Assembly: GCA_016185605.1 (NCBI GenBank)
Contig: JACPNG010000025.1
Span: 1,954-65,953, forward strand
Direction of reading: 5' to 3'
DNA from: Candidatus Woesearchaeota archaeon
Lineage (GTDB): Archaea; Nanobdellota; Nanobdellia; SCGC-AAA011-G17; JACPNG01
Length of the DNA stretch: 64,000 nt
Shown here: positions 28,930 to 38,041 of the stretch, one piece after another
Numbering within the stretch: position 1 is the stretch's first letter
Layout: the number at the start of each line of letters is the position of its first letter
Position numbers and translations under genes: made by a program
The notes under the pieces: model-generated
The model's input: only the letters and a program-made list of their open reading frames with translations
Databases searched by the model: none
Told to the model about the DNA's origin: nothing

Positions 28930-29627
28930 TTTTTCTTTAGTATTGTTATGTCAACCCCCCCATGGGTTAATTTATTTAATTTATTTTCAAAATCTTCCTG
29001 CATTCCAGCTGGGATTTCCAATGTAGCAATTAAGCTTCCGTCATTCTGCCATTCATCTTTTTTAATGTCGCCAAACTCCTTTAATATCCTATATGCCTGG
29101 GCAGCAAAGGAAGATGGAATCTTTACAGCTAATTCCCATACCTCAAATCTTATCGGCAATATACTAGATAATTTAGACACAATCTCATGGATTTGCTCTT
29201 CTGGTCTTTTAAACTCATCAATTCTTGCTTTTGACTGTTCTAAAGCCCTTTCTATCCTGTCAGGAGGATGAGGAAGATTATTCTGGGGATTGATTGAATT
29301 TCTATGGATTAAATTAATAATTGCTTTTTTCTTCTCTTCCCTTAGCTTATTTTTATGTTCAGAGGTTAACTGGATTTCTCCGTGTTTTATTATTTCCTCT
29401 ATTATTTTTGTTTTGTCTTCTGTCTTGAATAGTTTTTTAAGATCATTTTCAGAGGCATGCTCCCCTTTTTTTACATCTTTGAAAATATTCCTAGTTGCTA
29501 TAACATCATCCAAGCTTATATTATGGCCCTGCCTGAATTCTAAGGCTTTATCGCAGTCTACTAGAATTTCGAATGTTAATCCTTCTTTTTTATATCTAGC
29601 GATTACTGCTTTATTTACATCTACCAT
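28926..29627 (-). CDS. sdo1: ribosome maturation protein Sdo1 (SBDS family)
   Basis: VIARYKKEGLTFEILVDCDKALEFRQG ... LPIRFEVWELAVKIP ... EIPAGMQEDF match SBDS; start placed at internal MVDVNK (ORF-track start 29702 would overlap psmA by 74 nt). Confidence 0.8.
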   Translation of the reverse strand: MVDVNKAVIARYKKEGLTFEILVDCDKALEFRQGHNISLDDVIATRNIFKDVKKGEHASENDLKKLFKTEDKTKIIEEIIKHGEIQLTSEHKNKLREEKKKAIINLIHRNSINPQNNLPHPPDRIERALEQSKARIDEFKRPEEQIHEIVSKLSSILPIRFEVWELAVKIPSSFAAQAYRILKEFGDIKKDEWQNDGSLIATLEIPAGMQEDFENKLNKLTHGGVDITILKKK

Positions 29628-29628
29628 C

Positions 29629-30357
29629 TTACGCTGCTTTTGATATTCTATCTTTAGATATTCTTGTGAACTTTCTGTCCTTGGAATTAATATATACTCC
29701 ATCTATTCTATTAATGTCAAATTCTTTTCCCAATACTTTTTTCAAGGCTCTTACAGCTAATTTAATTCCATCTTCCAATTGTATATTATCCTTGTAATTT
29801 TTGTCTAAAAAGTCTTTTAATTCTGTTTCTCCTTCTCCGATTGCTGTTGCTTTGTATTCAAAGAAAATTCCAGTCGGGTCTGTAACATACAATTCAGGAT
29901 GGTCATTTACACCAGCAAACAAAATGCTTACCCCAAATGGCCTTGCTCCCCCATACTGGGTAAAGAATTGCTTTACATCACATATTTCCTTTACTAGTCC
30001 AAGAACATCTATTGGCTCATCATATGTTACTCTGTGCTGCTGAGCAACTAATTGGGCTCTTTCTATTAATACTCTTCCGTCGCTTAGCATTCCAGAGGCT
30101 GTTGCTCCAATATGATCATCTACCTGGTATATTTTTTCTATTGACCTTGGGACTATTAACTTTTCAGATATTCTCTTGTCAGCCATCAATAATACTCCGT
30201 CTTTGCATACTACTCCTAATGCGCTTGTTCCTTGTCTGACTGTTTTCTTGGCATATTCTACCTGTAATAATCTGCCGTCTGGGCTGAACATTATAGAACT
30301 TCTGTCATATCCCATCATCTGATGTTGAGTTTGCTGCTGTTGCATCTTAATTAGCAC
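29629..30357 (-). CDS. psmA: proteasome subunit alpha
   Basis: MMGYDRSSIMFSPDGRLLQVEYAKK... ; Gln-rich N-terminus as in Thermoplasma; real start probably the ATG at 30345 or 30318. Confidence 0.9.
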   Translation of the reverse strand: MLIKMQQQQTQHQMMGYDRSSIMFSPDGRLLQVEYAKKTVRQGTSALGVVCKDGVLLMADKRISEKLIVPRSIEKIYQVDDHIGATASGMLSDGRVLIERAQLVAQQHRVTYDEPIDVLGLVKEICDVKQFFTQYGGARPFGVSILFAGVNDHPELYVTDPTGIFFEYKATAIGEGETELKDFLDKNYKDNIQLEDGIKLAVRALKKVLGKEFDINRIDGVYINSKDRKFTRISKDRISKAA

Positions 30358-30652
30358 CTCCTAATTTAATATTAAAAAATTTTTTACAATAATCTTCTTC
30401 TATTCTTTTTACTTCTTGTTTAGATTTATATTGTAACTCTTCACAATATGTTTTACTATACAGATTAAAATCATCATTAATTGGTTTTGATATCATTCCC
30501 AAACCAGATATTAAAAAAGCTAATGTATAACCTATAGAAGCTAATATAACTCTATCATATGCTCTTTGAATCTTTCTCTTTCTAATTTGTTCAGGTCTTG
30601 ACAATACTTCTTCTAATTTACCTGATAATTTTTCTTCCACTTTAACCTCCAA
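30347..30652 (-). CDS. hypothetical single-TM protein in the position normally occupied by rpp30
   Basis: 101 aa with one TM helix (VILASIGYTLAFLISGLGMI). Confidence 0.35.
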   Translation of the reverse strand: MEVKVEEKLSGKLEEVLSRPEQIRKRKIQRAYDRVILASIGYTLAFLISGLGMISKPINDDFNLYSKTYCEELQYKSKQEVKRIEEDYCKKFFNIKLGGAN

Positions 30653-30980
30653 TTTTTATCTTAGCTTTATTTAAAACTCCAGTAACTAAAATTGACTTAA
30701 ACATTACTTTTTCATTGTTAATTTTTTCTATTAAAGCCAAGGATGTTTTAATATTATCAACTTCCTTATTATTGGTTTTTAAAATTCCTTTATTATTTTT
30801 AAACATATCCATTATTATTAATCCAGACTTAGAATACCCTAATTCCCCTAAAAAGCCCAAAACATGGCTGTTTATTGAGTTTTTAATATCTTCAAATCTC
30901 ATTTTCCTTTCTGATTCAATCTCATATACTATATATCTTTTCTTTTCCCTTAAACTTGGCAATATTGGCTTTATGGTCAT
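30642..30980 (-). CDS. RNase P protein component Pop5 (Rpp14)
   Basis: LPSLREKKRYIVYEIE N-terminus typical of Pop5; first gene of the proteasome/exosome superoperon. Confidence 0.6.
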   Translation of the reverse strand: MTIKPILPSLREKKRYIVYEIESERKMRFEDIKNSINSHVLGFLGELGYSKSGLIIMDMFKNNKGILKTNNKEVDNIKTSLALIEKINNEKVMFKSILVTGVLNKAKIKIGG

Positions 30981-31113
30981 AAGAAATAACCTTTTTTCCT
31001 TTCTCGTTCTAGATTATCCTGGAAAAGGCATTTATAAATATTACGATTGAAATTTTTATTTTAAATTTATCATAGAAAGATTTATATACTACTTATACCA
31101 CTTAGTAGTATAG

Positions 31114-31359
31114 GTGGTTAAAATGGCAGTATCAATTAAAATAAGTGATGAAAATTATAAAAGGCTTGCATCTTTGTCTGGCAGATTAAGGGAAGAATTA
31201 CATAAGCCTATTTCGATAAACGAGGCTATAAACTTCTTGTATATCAAAAGAAAGATTAGTGAATTAGCAGGCAGCTGGGAAATGACTGATAAAGAAGCTG
31301 AAGATTTTATGGGCAATCTAAAAAGGGGATGGAAAAGATGGACAATAAAATCTGCTTAG
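31114..31359 (+). CDS. vapB: VapB-type antitoxin (RHH-like)
   Basis: 81 aa; overlaps downstream PIN gene by 31 nt. Confidence 0.55.
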   Translation: MVKMAVSIKISDENYKRLASLSGRLREELHKPISINEAINFLYIKRKISELAGSWEMTDKEAEDFMGNLKRGWKRWTIKSA

Positions 31360-31736
31360 ATACTGATTTCTTAGTTAATTTTCTTAGAAATAAGAAAGAG
31401 GAAGCGGAATTTCTTAAGAAAAATGAAATGAATAGGGAGTTAGCAACCACATATATAAATCTGTTCGAACTTTATTATGGCGCATATAAATCCAATAAAA
31501 AACAAACAAATATCAAAATTGTTTCTGATTTAGCAAGTAGAATAGAAATATTGAACTTTTCCAATGAATCTGTCATGAAAGCCGGTGAATTATTGGCCAA
31601 ATTGGAAAAAGAGGGAAGTCTAATAGAATTTAGAGATCTATTTATAGGAACAATAGCCTTAGTTAATGGCTTTTCTATTAAAACAAACAATGCAAAACAT
31701 TTTAATAAAATAGAAGGGCTAAATATTTTAGAATAA
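31329..31736 (+). CDS. vapC: PIN-domain toxin VapC
   Basis: ICLDTDFLVNFL (first acidic), ...DLFIGTIALVNGFSIKTNNAKHFNKI C-terminal PIN motif. Confidence 0.75.
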   Translation: MEKMDNKICLDTDFLVNFLRNKKEEAEFLKKNEMNRELATTYINLFELYYGAYKSNKKQTNIKIVSDLASRIEILNFSNESVMKAGELLAKLEKEGSLIEFRDLFIGTIALVNGFSIKTNNAKHFNKIEGLNILE

Positions 31737-31757
31737 ACAATTTAATTCCAATGAGAT

Positions 31758-34451
31758 TTATCTATACCTTATTTTATAGATAATATCTGTAATCTTTCTT
31801 GAGATAAATCCCCTTCCAAAATATCCTAATAATCCCAAAGCAGCTAAAGCTGTAGTGGTTATTATTGCTATTGAAGTTTTGGTTAGTTTTCCCTCTCCTT
31901 CTTTAACAGCTGCCCCAGTAATCCCAGAAGCTTCTTCTTTTTTCTCTCCTGTTTGAGTTTCTTGTGTCTGCTGTTCTGCTATATTTGATATATCTACAGG
32001 AGTTGGAGCTGCTTCTTCAATAGTTGTTCCTGTATCTATTGTAGAGTCTCCTGCTCCTCCACCACCACCGCCTCCACCGCCTCCTGAACCACCGCTAGGA
32101 GAACTTGTAGAAGTTACATTAATTTTTAGGTTATATGATATGGAATTTGAATTTAGGTTTCCATAATCTGTGCATGAGACATACCAAACATAATCTCCAT
32201 TAGACATTCCATTCTTGTCAAAACTCAAGGTTGTTTCTGTAGTTACTGAGCTTGTTGATTGATCAAGGCTATTGTCTATGTATAAACTGCAATTTGATAT
32301 TCCAAAATCAGTTACATTATAGCTAAATGTAACATCATCGTCCGTGCTTACTGTACTATTGGATGGGGAGATTAAACTAACAATTGGATTTGTAATATCA
32401 ACAATAAAGCTTTGTCTGGCAGAAGATTCTCTGTCAAAGCTGTTATTTACAAATAAATATAATATATGCTGCCCTTCTGTAGCATTGAAAGTTGAATTTT
32501 CAGTTATTGTTGTATTGTCATTATCATCCAAATTATAGTAGATATTTGTAAAATTGTTTGTTATTGTGAAATTCAAGTCAATTGACTCATTTATATTATA
32601 AGTTATGTTTCTAGGCTCATCTAATATTAGATTGGGAAAGGTCTCAACAACCTCTATATTAGCTTGTGTTATGTTTATATTATTAGCAGAGTCATTTGCA
32701 TAGAATATTAGAGTATAATTTCCAATTTCTGTTAAACTTTCATTTGATAAGGTTGCTTCATTAGTATAAATCCCAATTGATGTTCCATTTGAATAGCTTA
32801 AATTGACAAAAGAGTCATTTAAGTTGTTATCGTTGGATGTCCAGTTTATTGTCAGATTCTCAAGGTTAAATTCTACTGTTGAGTTTATGATATAATTTAT
32901 TGTTGGAATTGTCTTATCGATTCTAATTGTAAAATTATTAGAAGAAAATGCATTGTTATTCCTAGAATCAAAACATTCCACATTCCAATCATATAATCCA
33001 TCATCATAATTTTCCACAGTTATATTATAAGAGCCGTCATTGGTTAAATCAATTGTATTATTTAATTCAAATATTCCAGTAGAATTTGTATATAAGCTGC
33101 AATTCACTAAAGTATGGTCTTCTATTGTAAAGTTAAACATTGTGTCATTGACAAAGCTGTCATTGGCTATATCTAAAGTTATTATTGGATTAATTAAATC
33201 ATTTAATGTCATGGAAGCATTAAACAAATCAACTATACTAAAAAATAATCCGCTCCCAGAAGTATCGTCTAATTTTCTTCCTGTTCTGTTTAATAATTCT
33301 TCAATCTCAAAAGGATATATTGTTGAATTTAATTGCCTTAGAATAGCAAAAGCTCCTGCTACATGGGGAGCAGCCATAGAAGTTCCGCTCAGGACTTTAT
33401 ATAAACTTGAATCACAATTCAGACAACCATCGCCTGGAACAGAAGAATTAACATTTTGTCCAGGAGCAAATAAATCTGTTATAAAATTTCTATTGCTAAA
33501 TGAAGCAACTGTATCTGTTTTTGTTGAAGCCCCTACTGAAGTTGAATTTGTAATACAAGCTGGAGAACTAATGGAAGTTGTGTTTCCTGCATTTCCTGAA
33601 GCAACAACCACGCTTATATTGTTTGCTATGGCATTATTTATTGATGTTGATAAACTAATGAAATTACTATCACAGCTTGAACTAAATAAAGCATCTGTAC
33701 CCAGACTCATGCTTATTACAGTTATATTATATATAGTTGAATTGCTAACACACCAGTCTATTCCATTAATAGCATCACTTATACTTCCAGAACCATTTTC
33801 ATCTAATGCTTTAATAGAGATGAGATTAGATTCTGGAGCTACTCCAATTATTGTATTATTTCCTGCTGCAATTCCTGCTACATGAGTCCCGTGCCCATTG
33901 TTATCTATGGACGCATCTAATCCAGCCAGACTAGTTGATCCAGAGCATGCTCCAGAATCTGAATAGCAATGTCCATCTAATACTCTATTATCAAAGGCTG
34001 GATGGGTATAATTAATTCCAGTATCTATAATGCAAATCGTCTGTTCAGATCCTGTAATATTAACATTATTAAACAATAATTCATGAACTAATGACACATT
34101 TATTAGATTAATTGTATCTTGCAAGAATGATTTAACAGGATAATTATACTCAATTCTTTCTACATTTGAATCTTGCTTTAATGTTTCCAATCCATCTCTT
34201 GTTATCTCTCCAGACATAGCATTTATTATAGAATACTCATTTTTCTTCTCAAATTCATTATCTAAAGAAGAAATTGTCTCTTGTTTCATTGCTGTTTCAA
34301 CAGCATCATTGCTTTGATCTTTTAATTTTATAATAACACTAACTTCTGGATTATCATTTAACTGTTTTTCAACTTCTGAGTCTATTTCCAAGGAATAAGC
34401 AGGATTTATTAATAATAACAAAAATAAAACCAAAAATACCATTTTTTCCAT
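31758..34451 (-). CDS. cell-surface subtilisin-like serine protease (S8) with repeat domains, Gly-linker and C-terminal TM anchor
   Basis: Signal peptide; catalytic triad contexts ICIIDTGINYTHPAF (Asp), HGTHVAGIAAG (His), GTSMAAPHVAG (Ser); ~450 aa of Asn/Thr-rich beta-repeat domains; SPSGGSGGGGGGGGGGAGD linker; C-terminal TM IAIITTTALAALGLLGYFGRGFISRK. Confidence 0.85.
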   Translation of the reverse strand: MEKMVFLVLFLLLLINPAYSLEIDSEVEKQLNDNPEVSVIIKLKDQSNDAVETAMKQETISSLDNEFEKKNEYSIINAMSGEITRDGLETLKQDSNVERIEYNYPVKSFLQDTINLINVSLVHELLFNNVNITGSEQTICIIDTGINYTHPAFDNRVLDGHCYSDSGACSGSTSLAGLDASIDNNGHGTHVAGIAAGNNTIIGVAPESNLISIKALDENGSGSISDAINGIDWCVSNSTIYNITVISMSLGTDALFSSSCDSNFISLSTSINNAIANNISVVVASGNAGNTTSISSPACITNSTSVGASTKTDTVASFSNRNFITDLFAPGQNVNSSVPGDGCLNCDSSLYKVLSGTSMAAPHVAGAFAILRQLNSTIYPFEIEELLNRTGRKLDDTSGSGLFFSIVDLFNASMTLNDLINPIITLDIANDSFVNDTMFNFTIEDHTLVNCSLYTNSTGIFELNNTIDLTNDGSYNITVENYDDGLYDWNVECFDSRNNNAFSSNNFTIRIDKTIPTINYIINSTVEFNLENLTINWTSNDNNLNDSFVNLSYSNGTSIGIYTNEATLSNESLTEIGNYTLIFYANDSANNINITQANIEVVETFPNLILDEPRNITYNINESIDLNFTITNNFTNIYYNLDDNDNTTITENSTFNATEGQHILYLFVNNSFDRESSARQSFIVDITNPIVSLISPSNSTVSTDDDVTFSYNVTDFGISNCSLYIDNSLDQSTSSVTTETTLSFDKNGMSNGDYVWYVSCTDYGNLNSNSISYNLKINVTSTSSPSGGSGGGGGGGGGGAGDSTIDTGTTIEEAAPTPVDISNIAEQQTQETQTGEKKEEASGITGAAVKEGEGKLTKTSIAIITTTALAALGLLGYFGRGFISRKITDIIYKIRYR

Positions 34452-34469
34452 CAGACATTAAGCTTATAA

Positions 34470-34916
34470 GTGGTATTTAAAAATATCTTAACTGAAATGG
34501 ATACTTTTGAGAAAGAAATATTTAGAGGAAGAGGAGCTAAAATATATCTCCCATATAATTATCTGCCTACTGTGAAAAACACTAAATGTCTATTAGTTAT
34601 GGGCTATTTTATGGATAATTTTCCTTCTGTAAGCATTTATAGCCCTTATGCTAATCCAGGAACATCTAAAATGATTAAGGGAAAACCCTCATTAGGAATG
34701 GTAGAAACAGTAAGGGAAAATTCAAGAGGAATATACTTCAGATTACACAATATCTTTCTTGAGCATTTAGGCTATCCTGAAAAAATTGGGATGTCATTTA
34801 ATCCCCTTCTTTTAGAAGAAATACTAATAATGTCAGAAGAAAATCTTCAAAAATTCCTTTCTAAAAAAGATAATAATCCGGAATTGCGAAGAAGAGAAAT
34901 TAAATCACTATTCTAA
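34470..34916 (+). CDS. hypothetical protein
   Basis: 148-aa ORF divergent from the subtilase. Confidence 0.35.
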   Translation: MVFKNILTEMDTFEKEIFRGRGAKIYLPYNYLPTVKNTKCLLVMGYFMDNFPSVSIYSPYANPGTSKMIKGKPSLGMVETVRENSRGIYFRLHNIFLEHLGYPEKIGMSFNPLLLEEILIMSEENLQKFLSKKDNNPELRRREIKSLF

Positions 34917-35477
34917 TATCCTTATTCCCTCTGCAATATACTCTTTTTTTCTTTTTAATATATCATTAACAACAGTAAAGGATTTTTTTATCTCTACGGG
35001 ATTCATTCCTATCACAGTTCCAAAGCTTTTCAAGTCAGTTAAAGACCTCATCTCATATTTATTTGTTGCAAAGCTTGCTATTATCATTTCTACTTTGTAT
35101 TTTCTGCATAATCTGACATTTTGTTGCATTCTTCCAATTATCTTGGCCCTCTCAACCCCTTTGGATTTTAAAATTTCATTAAAGCTGAATGCTATTGCTA
35201 TCTTATTCTTTTTAGCCAAAGCGCATAGAATATGATTTAATCCAGAGTTTCTATGGTGCAAGAAATCTTCTTTTCTGTTTTTCTCCGGACTTGCCAGAAT
35301 ATCTATACTTTTACAAGTTAATATCTCCCTGTTTAGGCTATTTCCTTCTACAATATTCAATTCATCATTTAATTTTCTTATCTGGCTGATAGAATTTACT
35401 CTGTTTATTTTTACTTCATACAATTTTGAAAATCCAAGATTATCAAACTTATCATTGCATAATATTAAATCTATCAT
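34908..35477 (-). CDS. RNase P protein component Rpp30-like (TIM barrel)
   Basis: DILASPEKNRKEDFLHH..., IAIAFSFNEIL, RLCRKYKVEMIIASFATNKYEMRSLTDL fit the Rpp30 family pattern. Confidence 0.5.
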   Translation of the reverse strand: MIDLILCNDKFDNLGFSKLYEVKINRVNSISQIRKLNDELNIVEGNSLNREILTCKSIDILASPEKNRKEDFLHHRNSGLNHILCALAKKNKIAIAFSFNEILKSKGVERAKIIGRMQQNVRLCRKYKVEMIIASFATNKYEMRSLTDLKSFGTVIGMNPVEIKKSFTVVNDILKRKKEYIAEGIRILE

Positions 35478-35511
35478 GAAATAAAAGAATGAAATAGTTA
35501 TTTAACTTTTT

Positions 35512-35745
35512 CTAATTGCCGTATCCTAATTCAAGTCTGCTTGTCTCAATTAATTTGTTATAGCGTTCATTAAAATATTCTCTAAATCCGCCGTTATATC
35601 TTTCTAGAATAATGCTTATATCTCCAATATTTTCTGTTCCGCCAGAAACAAGCTCCAATAATCTGCTTTCTTCACCAGAAAGATCTCCTGTGGAATCCAC
35701 TAATCTTATCCAAGCTGAATCCAATAAATAATCTATAAATTTCAT
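35512..35745 (-). CDS. hypothetical protein
   Basis: 77-aa ORF. Confidence 0.3.
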   Translation of the reverse strand: MKFIDYLLDSAWIRLVDSTGDLSGEESRLLELVSGGTENIGDISIILERYNGGFREYFNERYNKLIETSRLELGYGN

Positions 35746-35794
35746 GTTGTATATATCTTTTAATTGTATTTAAGTCTTACGTTTTAATTATTAA

Positions 35795-36163
35795 TTATTT
35801 AACGAATTCAACATTCTTTAAGTCTTTAAACGCATAATCTCCCGTCAAGAATTTTGCATTATGCATTAAGGATGTTACATAACCAATGCAATCAGCGAAG
35901 CTATATCTTTTCTTCTGATGCAAAAGCTTAAATTTATTCGCTTCCTTTATCATAGAGTCATTTATTGGTATCACCATTAATTTGACTATATCATAAATTT
36001 TGTCTGCTTCCTTTTCGCCGTAGTTTTTCAGGTAATAAAAATACAATTCTGTTATGTTAAATAATGTAGTTATAGTTTCTGTTGATTCCAAAGAATATTT
36101 CTTATAATTAAGATTGCCTTTATCTATTTCTATTATTGCATATGTATCTAGAAAAATCACCAT
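35795..36163 (-). CDS. vapC: PIN-domain toxin VapC
   Basis: MVIFLDTYAIIEI ... FADCIGYVTSLMHNAKFLTGDYAF. Confidence 0.7.
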   Translation of the reverse strand: MVIFLDTYAIIEIDKGNLNYKKYSLESTETITTLFNITELYFYYLKNYGEKEADKIYDIVKLMVIPINDSMIKEANKFKLLHQKKRYSFADCIGYVTSLMHNAKFLTGDYAFKDLKNVEFVK

Positions 36164-36363
36164 TCTTTTCTAAGTTCATCTTTAGCTTTTTGCGCATCTA
36201 TCTTTAGATGTTTTCCCCTGCCAAAAAGCGGCTTTAAGTTTATTTTCTTGTATATTTGGTATTCTACAGTCTCGCCCTCTTTGATATTTCTTTCTTTTAT
36301 AACTTCGGGAGATACAACTATTACTGTGCTATTTCCAGACTTTCTTAATTTTGCTTGCGGCAT
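36157..36363 (-). CDS. vapB: AbrB/MazE-fold (SpoVT/AbrB) antitoxin
   Basis: KLRKSGNSTVIVVSPEVIKERNIKEGETVEY swapped-hairpin motif; overlaps PIN gene by 7 nt. Confidence 0.65.
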   Translation of the reverse strand: MPQAKLRKSGNSTVIVVSPEVIKERNIKEGETVEYQIYKKINLKPLFGRGKHLKIDAQKAKDELRKEW

Positions 36364-36509
36364 TTTTATCTCCAGATGTATTACATATGTATTACGTTAG
36401 AGTATATAAGCTTTATGTTCTTCATTGAAGTTATTTTTATTCATAGTTAGGTTTTTAAATATGAAACCTCATAAAATCAAAAAGAGTGTGAATAACTCTG
36501 AGATTTTTC

Positions 36510-37445
36510 TTGGAGACTAATAAAATGATTAGAGAATACTATAAACTTATAAAGGAAGTATCAGATTATAAAGTAGAATGGGATTCAGAGTTAGAGAGGA
36601 TACTAAGATATTCTGACCCAGTAATCAGAGAGACTATTGGTTCTAAAGCAAAAAACAGAAAAAATTTAAGTGCGTATTGTGGAGCCATAGTTCCCAGATT
36701 TCTCGACATAATAAATGCTAAGATTGACCCAAATAATGCGCATTTTATGAATTCAGCCTTTATCCTTGCTGTTGGATTGTTTGACGACTCAACAGAAAGA
36801 TTGGAACTAAGTGATAAGTTACAGGAATTTGACTGGTTTGAATCTTTACTTCTAGGAAACGGAAATGGAGATATACTAAAAAAAGATAGACTATATTCAG
36901 AAAAAAAGAGTATATTTCATTTGATTAATTATGTGATACATTATCTTAAAGATGAATATAAACAAGATTTTTTTAATTCCGTTGCAATTCATAAAAATGC
37001 CGTCTATCTGGATGATATAAAAACAGAACCAAATTTAGAGATAAGAGCTAATGTAGGGAGAACATTTGCAGATTTATCATGGTTATTAATACAATCTAGA
37101 TTAAATATTGATATTTCACGATACAAACCATTATTTTCACAATTACACGCTGGTGGAGCAATAATGGATGATATGATTGATGTTTCTGAAGATTATGGTG
37201 TAAGAGTCACAAAACCGTTAATAATAATCAATGGCAAGAAACCAAATCCTTCAAATATTATATTATCTGGAATGATTAAAGAGACATTTAAGGATGCAGA
37301 TAAAGAGTTCTTTAAAGCTTTAAATACATGTGACACAGAGTTTATTAAAGATAATTATATCAGAACAATCCAAGTTTTAAAACTTGTTTGTGCAATAAAT
37401 GTATTTAGAAAATATATACAACATAATTATGGAGTTTATGTATAA
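36510..37445 (+). CDS. hypothetical all-helical protein with two Asp-rich motifs (possible isoprenoid-synthase-like fold)
   Basis: LFDDSTERLE and IMDDMIDVSED resemble DDxxD motifs; 311 aa; weak. Confidence 0.3.
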   Translation: METNKMIREYYKLIKEVSDYKVEWDSELERILRYSDPVIRETIGSKAKNRKNLSAYCGAIVPRFLDIINAKIDPNNAHFMNSAFILAVGLFDDSTERLELSDKLQEFDWFESLLLGNGNGDILKKDRLYSEKKSIFHLINYVIHYLKDEYKQDFFNSVAIHKNAVYLDDIKTEPNLEIRANVGRTFADLSWLLIQSRLNIDISRYKPLFSQLHAGGAIMDDMIDVSEDYGVRVTKPLIIINGKKPNPSNIILSGMIKETFKDADKEFFKALNTCDTEFIKDNYIRTIQVLKLVCAINVFRKYIQHNYGVYV

Positions 37446-37492
37446 CTCTATTCTTCAGTTATCTTTTTATAGAATATAATATTCATAGTTTT

Positions 37493-38041
37493 GTGGAAGA
37501 ATTCAGGAGAAATCTAACAATAACAGAAAAAACATTGGTGGAAATAATAGCTTCTAGTGTTGAGATATACAAAAAAGAGGCTTTTGGTATATTGCTTGGA
37601 GAAAAACACAAGAAACATTATATGGCTTATGACGCTATAAGCTTTCTAAGCGCAAAAAGAAGCTATGGATTTGTAAATGTCCCCACAATAAGAGCCAATA
37701 GAGTTAATTATACATTATCTTATCTAACTAAATTCAGGGTTATTGGAGACTTTCATTCCCATCCAGAAGGCCCTGATAAATTAAGCGGCTTGGACAAAAG
37801 TGATATCAAACATTCAGGATTGGGATTATCTATATTAATCATTGTAACAAAAGCAAAGAAAAAAACCCATAACTGGAAAATAGAAGATAATAATATAGTT
37901 GGATTTATAGGCAACAAATACCATATAAAAATAATGGCCTTTGAATATAACAAAAAAAACAATAAGTTATTCCATCTAAAAATTGTATGTCCTTCTCTTA
38001 AAAAACTTAATAAACTCCAACCAATTAAAAAACAAAGATGA
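37493..38041 (+). CDS. JAB1/MPN/Mov34 (JAMM) metalloprotease
   Basis: Complete JAMM motif: upstream Glu (EAFGILLGEK) and HSHPEGPDKLSGLD (H-S-H-x7-S-x2-D). Confidence 0.8.
   Translation: MEEFRRNLTITEKTLVEIIASSVEIYKKEAFGILLGEKHKKHYMAYDAISFLSAKRSYGFVNVPTIRANRVNYTLSYLTKFRVIGDFHSHPEGPDKLSGLDKSDIKHSGLGLSILIIVTKAKKKTHNWKIEDNNIVGFIGNKYHIKIMAFEYNKKNNKLFHLKIVCPSLKKLNKLQPIKKQR

Noticed and set aside
32030-32100. GGT/GGA/GGC simple-sequence repeat.
   Set aside because: It is in-frame coding sequence for the poly-Gly linker (SGGSGGGGGGGGGGAGD) of the subtilase, not a non-coding repeat or CRISPR-like array.
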